Source of the DNA: a virus
Taxonomy: Duplodnaviria > Heunggongvirae > Uroviricota > Caudoviricetes
Length of the DNA stretch: 64,000 nucleotides
Reading direction: 5' to 3' (one strand)
Virus record (IMG/VR): IMGVR_UViG_3300011242_000001
Location: 50,439 to 114,438 of that record
Position numbers and translations under genes: made by a program. Below, one piece after another: positions 58,539 through 64,000 of this stretch (position 1 is its first letter; each line of letters starts with the position of its first letter). The notes beneath the pieces are model-generated. The model was given only the letters and a program-made list of their open reading frames with translations, did no database searches and was not told the DNA's origin.

Positions 58539-58775
58539 TTACTTACTCATTTCTTTTTCGTATTTTTCAATATCTTCCATGGAAAGCCATTCAGGTTTTT
58601 TATCCAATGCGTTCCATAATTCTTTCATTTTTTCAATTTGTTCTTTAACACTGCCAGCCCATAAACTTGACTCAGAACGACCACCAGCTTTTAAAAAATA
58701 TTCACAGTCGCTTCGTAAACGACTCAATAACATATAATCGCCTTTGCTTTCATTTAAAAAGTCTTGAAAATTCAT
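58539..58775 (-). CDS. putative capsid-targeted internal protein (CTS family), 78 aa
   Basis: N-terminus MNFQDFLNESKG. Confidence 0.45.
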   Translation of the reverse strand: MNFQDFLNESKGDYMLLSRLRSDCEYFLKAGGRSESSLWAGSVKEQIEKMKELWNALDKKPEWLSMEDIEKYEKEMSK

Positions 58776-58883
58776 TGATATATCTCACTATTTTATTATG
58801 TATTTATTTAGTCAAATAAAATAAAATAAATAAGATCATATTTGCGTTAAAATAGAAATTCATTTTAAAGGACCTTAATTTAA

Positions 58884-60203
58884 ATGAACCCCGTAGTAAA
58901 CAAAACAGTAACTGAAATTATCGATAATGAATATAAAGCGTATGCAATGTATGTTTTAGAGAATCGGGCAATTCCAAGTTATATTGATGGATTTAAACCA
59001 TCTCACCGAAAAATTTTATATTCGATGCTTAATTATTATAAAGGCAAAAAGGTTAAAGTTGCTGAATTAGGCACTAGTATCAGTCAGTTTAATTATCACC
59101 ATGGTGAAACATCCGCAATGGGTGCAGCAATCACACTTACAGCAAATTGGAATAATAACATGCCAATTTTCCGTGGGCATGGTAATTTTGGTACTCGACT
59201 AATTCAAGAAGCTGCTGCACCTCGTTATATTTTTGCTGATCTAAATCCAGATTTTTATAAATATTTTAACGATTTTGAGGTATGTAATAAACATCTTGAT
59301 TTAGAAAATCCTGAACCACAACAATATTTGCCAACTATTCCATGGATTTTAGTAAACGGTATTGAAGGTATTGCTGTCGGATTTGCTTGTAAATTTTTAT
59401 CTCATTCAACTAAAGATATTGCTAAAGCATGCGCATTAGCAGTAAAAAATAAATTAAAAGATTCTTATGTTTTACCTGTTACCTTACCTGGTTTTAAAGG
59501 TGAAATTATTCAAGAAGATCATAATAAAATTATTACGCGTGGTGTTGTAAACCGTACTAAACGTAATACATGGACTATTACGGAAGTACCATGGGGATAT
59601 GATCGTGAAAAATTCTTTAATCAATTAGATAAGATGCTTGAACAGAATAAGATCGTTGATTTTGAAGATATGTGTGATGAAAGCGGATTTAAATTTGTTG
59701 TTAAAATGGATACTGCAACAGATGCTAAATGCGAAAAAGATCCAATTGAATTCTTTAAATTAGAAAAAGCATTTACTGAAAATTATACGGCATTGGATGA
59801 AAAAGGCCAAATTATTCTGTTTAATAATAAATTAGAAATTATTCGGCGATTTGTAGATTTTCGTATTATGAAAGTTGGCGAACGTATTGCCTATGATTTA
59901 CGAAAATTAGCTGGCGATATTCTATGGCTTAAAACCAAGCATGCTTTTGTTAAAGATGTGGTTGGCAAGAAAATCAATTTAATGAACTTTTCTCGAGCGG
60001 AATTACTTGAGAAATGTATTGAAAAATATAAAGTTGAAAAAGACATCGCTACTAAGTTACTTTCTATTCCAGTATATGATATGACAACAGATATGATTGC
60101 AGAACTTGAAAATAAGATTGCAAAACTAGAAAATGAACAGAAAGAGCTAAGTGAATCAAACGCTACGGATGTTTACTTATCAATGCTTAAATCTATCTCT
60201 TAA
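58884..60203 (+). CDS. 52: DNA topoisomerase II medium subunit (GyrA-like, T4 gp52)
   Basis: AYAMYVLENRAIPSYIDGFKPSHRKILYSM (catalytic-Tyr region); AAAGGA RBS; 439 aa. Confidence 0.85.
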   Translation: MNPVVNKTVTEIIDNEYKAYAMYVLENRAIPSYIDGFKPSHRKILYSMLNYYKGKKVKVAELGTSISQFNYHHGETSAMGAAITLTANWNNNMPIFRGHGNFGTRLIQEAAAPRYIFADLNPDFYKYFNDFEVCNKHLDLENPEPQQYLPTIPWILVNGIEGIAVGFACKFLSHSTKDIAKACALAVKNKLKDSYVLPVTLPGFKGEIIQEDHNKIITRGVVNRTKRNTWTITEVPWGYDREKFFNQLDKMLEQNKIVDFEDMCDESGFKFVVKMDTATDAKCEKDPIEFFKLEKAFTENYTALDEKGQIILFNNKLEIIRRFVDFRIMKVGERIAYDLRKLAGDILWLKTKHAFVKDVVGKKINLMNFSRAELLEKCIEKYKVEKDIATKLLSIPVYDMTTDMIAELENKIAKLENEQKELSESNATDVYLSMLKSIS

Positions 60204-60213
60204 TTCTCATTAT

Positions 60214-60287
60214 TTGAGCCATATCGCATAATTATTGTTAACATATATAAACATATATGTTATATTATATTGCACGATATGGCTCAA
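60214..60287. repeat. long-loop inverted repeat TTGAGCCATATCG ... CGATATGGCTCAA
   Basis: 13-bp perfect arms separated by about 45 nt of AT-rich sequence, between gp52 and the MazG-like gene. Confidence 0.5.
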
Positions 60288-60321
60288 TTCACAAGTCATA
60301 AACATATATAATGGAGTATAC

Positions 60322-61044
60322 ATGAGTATATTTACACATCTTGAATACATCTCAGTTCTTGCTAATAATGCAACAACAGAATCAGATTCAGGACATTTTA
60401 CAGATATTGACGTTTTAAAAAAATATACTGATAATGAAGTAGATACAGTTGTTTTCGGTGGACCAATCCGCTGCTATTCAAAATTTCAAATCACGCCACG
60501 CGACGTAACTTATGGCGATGAAGAGCATACTTTCCGTATTGCTTGTCTTAAAGAAGAACTACGCGAATTGAATGATGCAATTAATGAAAATGATATTCGT
60601 GAGACTATTGATGCATTAGTTGACTTATTAATTTTTGCTATTGGTACAAGCTATCGTGCAGGTAGTGTATTCCGTTCTATGTTTGCTTATAAAAATCACG
60701 CAACATCTGTTGGGTATCTAATTCATCAGCATGCGAAAAACTTGAATCTTTCTCCAGTTAAAGCAGCTCATCATGTTGCTGAAGGTTTTGTAAATGATCT
60801 TCAACATATGGATCATCGCCATTACTTAGCTTATCAAAATAAAATCGATCAAATCATTGCAACAGTATTGACATTCTTGCTTAACGAGTTCGATCGTGAA
60901 ATGATTCTCGAGTATTATGAACGTGTTACACAAGCAAATTTATCTAAAGAATTAGGTTCATTACCAAAGCGTGGATCATTCTCTATTGATCTTAAAAAAC
61001 CTGAAGGTTGGAAAGCACCATCATTTGAAGGTTTATTAAATTAA
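60322..61044 (+). CDS. MazG-like all-alpha nucleoside triphosphate pyrophosphohydrolase
   Basis: LKEELRELNDAINENDIRETIDALVDLLIFAIGT matches the MazG EExxE...ExxD...L core; start moved to an ATG with GGAG RBS (the track ORF starts upstream at 60235 inside the inverted repeat). Confidence 0.55.
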   Translation: MSIFTHLEYISVLANNATTESDSGHFTDIDVLKKYTDNEVDTVVFGGPIRCYSKFQITPRDVTYGDEEHTFRIACLKEELRELNDAINENDIRETIDALVDLLIFAIGTSYRAGSVFRSMFAYKNHATSVGYLIHQHAKNLNLSPVKAAHHVAEGFVNDLQHMDHRHYLAYQNKIDQIIATVLTFLLNEFDREMILEYYERVTQANLSKELGSLPKRGSFSIDLKKPEGWKAPSFEGLLN

Positions 61045-61064
61045 ACTAAATTGTAAGTACAAAA

Positions 61065-61092
61065 GATACACAATTGTGTATCTTTTTTTATG
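61065..61092 (+). terminator. rho-independent terminator
   Basis: GATACACA-at-TGTGTATC hairpin plus TTTTTTT. Confidence 0.6.
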
Positions 61093-61096
61093 TTTA

Positions 61097-61135
61097 TTGT
61101 TTACAAATATTAATGTATATACTATTATATTTTTA
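61097..61135 (+). promoter_or_regulatory. promoter-like GTTTACAAATATTAATGTATATACTATTATAT upstream of cd
   Basis: GTTTACA -35-like element (T4 early promoters use GTTTAC) and TATACTAT -10-like element. Confidence 0.3.
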
Positions 61136-61157
61136 TTGTTTATACGGAATATGATTC

Positions 61158-62273
61158 ATGATTTATTTAAATCGATATGCATTTAAAGATGAAAACATTA
61201 GTGCTGTAAAGGTATTAACTACAAGTCAAATTAAACAAAATGATGTAACAGTTGATGATTTATCTGGTGTGACTGATTTTAGTATTGTTAATACTATTAA
61301 ATTATATTCTGGTATTAAATTTAGCATAACAGCAGATGAATTTAATAATTTAATTATTACGGGCGATTTAACTGATGAACAATATACTTATATTACTAAA
61401 CTATTATGCGAGCCGTTACAACATTTAATTCGTAATAATATTATTAATCTTGTTTGTAATATTGATGAAGATAAACAAGTGACTATATTATATGGCTTTT
61501 GTAATAATGATATATATTTACCACATGATATTAAAGCGATCTTGGGTGATGCTTTATTAGTAGATAATATTTCAATTGCGGCTTCATATCGTACTGCAAT
61601 GTATGATGTAATTCATCGTGCTACAATAGAAAATAGTTATAATCATCTTATTGCAACAGATGAAAAGTTTTTATTAAAAATTATTAATGATAATCCTATA
61701 AATAATACATTTGATTTAATTCGTCAAGAGGTTCCACCTGAACATCTTGATCTTGCAACGCCAGAAGAAATGGATACACTTATTGAATATTATGAAAATG
61801 GCAAAGAACATAAAAATGTAATTGCTGATTATGATATTCGTTATATGCGTCTTGCTCGTGAATTTTCAACTTGGTCAAAAGATCCAAGCACTCAATTAGG
61901 TGCAGTTGCAATTTCCAACGAAAATAAAATTGTTTTGGCACAAGGATATAATGGTTTTCCTCGTGGTATTGAAGATGACTATAGATTATACATTCGTTCA
62001 TTAAAATATTCAATGGTTGTTCACGCTGAAATGAACATGATTTTCAATGCAGCAAGAAATGGTACATCATTAGAAAATTCTTCAGTTTATATTTATGGAT
62101 TACCTTGTTGCTCAGAATGTGTTAAAGGATTAATTCAATCAAAAGTTAAGCACATTATTATGTGTGATATTAAAAATGACCCACGATGGAATGAATCATT
62201 TAAAACTTCAGCTTTATTATTAAATGAGGCTGGAATCGAATATAAATTTATTAAACCGGAATATCTTGACTAA
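61158..62273 (+). CDS. cd: dCMP deaminase with about 215-aa N-terminal extension of unknown function
   Basis: C-terminal 150 aa: LGAVAISNENKIV, QGYNGFPRG, HAEMNMIFNAARNG (HAE zinc motif), GLPCCSECVKGL (PCxxC) align to T4 Cd; the N-terminal 215 aa has no recognisable motif; single continuous ORF. Confidence 0.7.
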   Translation: MIYLNRYAFKDENISAVKVLTTSQIKQNDVTVDDLSGVTDFSIVNTIKLYSGIKFSITADEFNNLIITGDLTDEQYTYITKLLCEPLQHLIRNNIINLVCNIDEDKQVTILYGFCNNDIYLPHDIKAILGDALLVDNISIAASYRTAMYDVIHRATIENSYNHLIATDEKFLLKIINDNPINNTFDLIRQEVPPEHLDLATPEEMDTLIEYYENGKEHKNVIADYDIRYMRLAREFSTWSKDPSTQLGAVAISNENKIVLAQGYNGFPRGIEDDYRLYIRSLKYSMVVHAEMNMIFNAARNGTSLENSSVYIYGLPCCSECVKGLIQSKVKHIIMCDIKNDPRWNESFKTSALLLNEAGIEYKFIKPEYLD

Positions 62274-62539
62274 TGAATTCTCTTATTGAAAAATATAGAA
62301 AAGATTGTTATAAACTTATTAATACTGAAAAAAATATTAATCCACAACAACTTATCGGTGATGAAACTAATCCAATTCATTTATTATGGATGCTTGATCA
62401 AATTGAATATAATAGTGACCAATCTGAAACTAAAAAACATAGATGGCTCGGTTATATTCAGGGTGTATTAGTATGTAAAGGCTCTTTTACGGTTGTAGAA
62501 GAACGCAATTACACCAGAAATATTTTGGATGGTAAATAA
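62273..62539 (+). CDS. hypothetical protein
   Basis: 88-aa ORF coupled on both sides. Confidence 0.4.
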   Translation: MNSLIEKYRKDCYKLINTEKNINPQQLIGDETNPIHLLWMLDQIEYNSDQSETKKHRWLGYIQGVLVCKGSFTVVEERNYTRNILDGK

Positions 62540-63804
62540 TGTCTAATTTTATTTTATTACCTGAATATGCTGAAGCGATTCAGTCAATACAAACGAACCC
62601 AGTTACATATGTAAGTGGAGCTGGCGGGACAGGTAAAAGTACGTTTATTCGTTATATTCGTTCTAAAGTTAAAAATTCAATCCTACTTGCACCGACTGGG
62701 ATTGCTGCTATTAATATTGGCGGTCGTACAATTCATTCTGTATTTAAATTTCCTCCTGCGTTCTTAACACCGGATGATATTAAACGTACAAATAAGACTA
62801 CTCGTCAATATTTACAAAGTACAAATTTACTTATCTTTGATGAAATTTCAATGGTATCATCAAATTTGTTAGATGGTGTGGATGAGTTTTTACGTTTAAA
62901 CATGAATGTAAATAAACCGTTTGGTGGCATTCCAGTATTAGTTGTTGGTGATTTATTTCAATTACCACCAATCGTGTCAGATAATACTAAACCATTATTT
63001 GAAAAATATTATGAATCAGCATTCTTTTTTGATTCAGCTTGTATTAAAGAATTGATTGAAAAAAATCAATTTAAAATGGTACAATTGAAAACAGTTTTAC
63101 GACAAAAAGATGACAAATTTATCGGAATTTTAAACAGAATTCGTACAGGAACAGACGTTGAAAATGCAATCGATGAGTTAAATGATCTTGTTACTTACGC
63201 TAATTCTGCACCAGAAGGGTATGTACAAATTACCCCTTATAATGACGTAAGTGATATAACAAATAGCAGAAAACTTGAAGAAATTGTATGTACACCTCGT
63301 ACATATTATGGTAATATTACAGGACAGTTTAATTCTAAAAACTTTCCAGTTGCACAGGCAGTAATGTTAAAAGTTGGTGCTCAGGTAATGATATCAAAAA
63401 ATATTTCTCGCGAAATTATTAATGGTACAATTGGAACAGTTACACAATTAAAGGATAGTTCAGTTATTGTCAAAACAGACCATGGCAATATTGAAGTATT
63501 CCCTGCAACATGGGAAGAGTATGGCTATACATTAGCAAATGGCAAATATACGTCTGGTGTAGTTGGTACATACTCACAAATTCCTATCAAGCTAGCCTGG
63601 AGTATGACGATTCATAAAGTGCAAAGTGCAACTATTGAACGTTTATATATTGATATGGACAGAGGTTCATTCGCACCAGGTATGCTTTATGTAGCACTAT
63701 CAAGAGCGACTTCATTAGATGGATTAATTTTGTCTAAACCATTAGACTATGAAGATGTGATTGTAGATCAACATGTAATTAACTTTTATAACACATATAT
63801 CTAG
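62539..63804 (+). CDS. dda: SF1 RecD/Pif1-like DNA helicase (Dda-like)
   Basis: SGAGGTGKST (Walker A), LLIFDEISMV (motif II), VVGDLFQLPPI (motif III), VLRQKDD (motif IV), C-terminal ALSRATS; 421 aa. Confidence 0.75.
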   Translation: MSNFILLPEYAEAIQSIQTNPVTYVSGAGGTGKSTFIRYIRSKVKNSILLAPTGIAAINIGGRTIHSVFKFPPAFLTPDDIKRTNKTTRQYLQSTNLLIFDEISMVSSNLLDGVDEFLRLNMNVNKPFGGIPVLVVGDLFQLPPIVSDNTKPLFEKYYESAFFFDSACIKELIEKNQFKMVQLKTVLRQKDDKFIGILNRIRTGTDVENAIDELNDLVTYANSAPEGYVQITPYNDVSDITNSRKLEEIVCTPRTYYGNITGQFNSKNFPVAQAVMLKVGAQVMISKNISREIINGTIGTVTQLKDSSVIVKTDHGNIEVFPATWEEYGYTLANGKYTSGVVGTYSQIPIKLAWSMTIHKVQSATIERLYIDMDRGSFAPGMLYVALSRATSLDGLILSKPLDYEDVIVDQHVINFYNTYI

Positions 63805-63814
63805 GAGATATATT

Positions 63815-64000
63815 ATGACCGACGGTAAAAAGTCTAGCATCCTTAACTTTCGTATTGCTAGTGACCTCAAAGATGAATCTAAAGAAGTTTTAGCCAAATA
63901 CAATTTGGACCATTCTAAAGCAATTCGATTATTTTTAAGTTACGTGGCAGAAAAAGGCCAATTACCTGAATCAATAAATGAATATTTAATTGAGCAAAAA
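63815..64000 (+). CDS. RelB/DinJ-family antitoxin-like protein (5' part; continues beyond the window)
   Basis: ILNFRIASDLKDESKEVLAKYNLDHSKAIRLFLSYVAEKGQLP resembles DinJ (RHH followed by an amphipathic helix); AGGAG RBS. Confidence 0.45.
   Translation, partial: MTDGKKSSILNFRIASDLKDESKEVLAKYNLDHSKAIRLFLSYVAEKGQLPESINEYLIEQK

Noticed and set aside
1-64000. CRISPR arrays, rRNA genes, integrase/transposase or homing-endonuclease genes
   Set aside because: No direct-repeat/spacer periodicity, no rRNA-like conserved stretches, and none of the ORFs shows GIY-YIG, HNH, LAGLIDADG, tyrosine-recombinase or DDE motifs.

Overview
The window reads as part of a T4-like myovirus genome, in the early/middle DNA-metabolism region. 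It is AT-rich (roughly 30-33% GC, estimated by eye) and densely packed with small ORFs separated by stereotyped GGACC-N4-GGTCC rho-independent terminators. By similarity to remembered T4 sequences I recognise several genes. These are the UvsX recombinase, a family-B DNA polymerase (gp43) split into two separated and order-inverted genes, and the topoisomerase II large subunit (39 and 60 fused). Also recognised are the topo II medium subunit gp52, DNA ligase gp30, a Dda-like SF1 helicase, a DexA-like DEDDh exonuclease and a dCMP deaminase carrying an extra N-terminal domain. 

Accessory content stands out in several ways. At least eleven genes encode proteins beginning with a conserved MxFxxFLNE peptide that resembles the T4 capsid-targeting sequence of internal proteins (IPI-III, Alt); one of them has a protein-kinase-like fold. 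Two homologous, ORF-free, apparently structured elements of roughly 600-700 nt lie in inverted orientation about 29 kb apart. There is a PurA-like (adenylosuccinate synthetase family) gene and at least one MazG-like gene. An NfeD/YqiJ-like gene sits next to a flotillin (SPFH) gene. A macro-domain protein and a NADAR protein are present. A tightly overlapping five-gene operon encodes a minimal class II aaRS-like ligase next to NADAR. A J-domain protein sits near a vWA protein. There is also a DUF262 protein, a head-domain-only CCA nucleotidyltransferase, a PP-lambda-like Ser/Thr phosphatase and a DinJ/RelB-like antitoxin at the window edge. 

I found no rRNA, tRNA or CRISPR array and no obvious transposase or homing endonuclease. 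Hand-derived coordinates for terminators, motifs and alternative starts may be off by a few nt.
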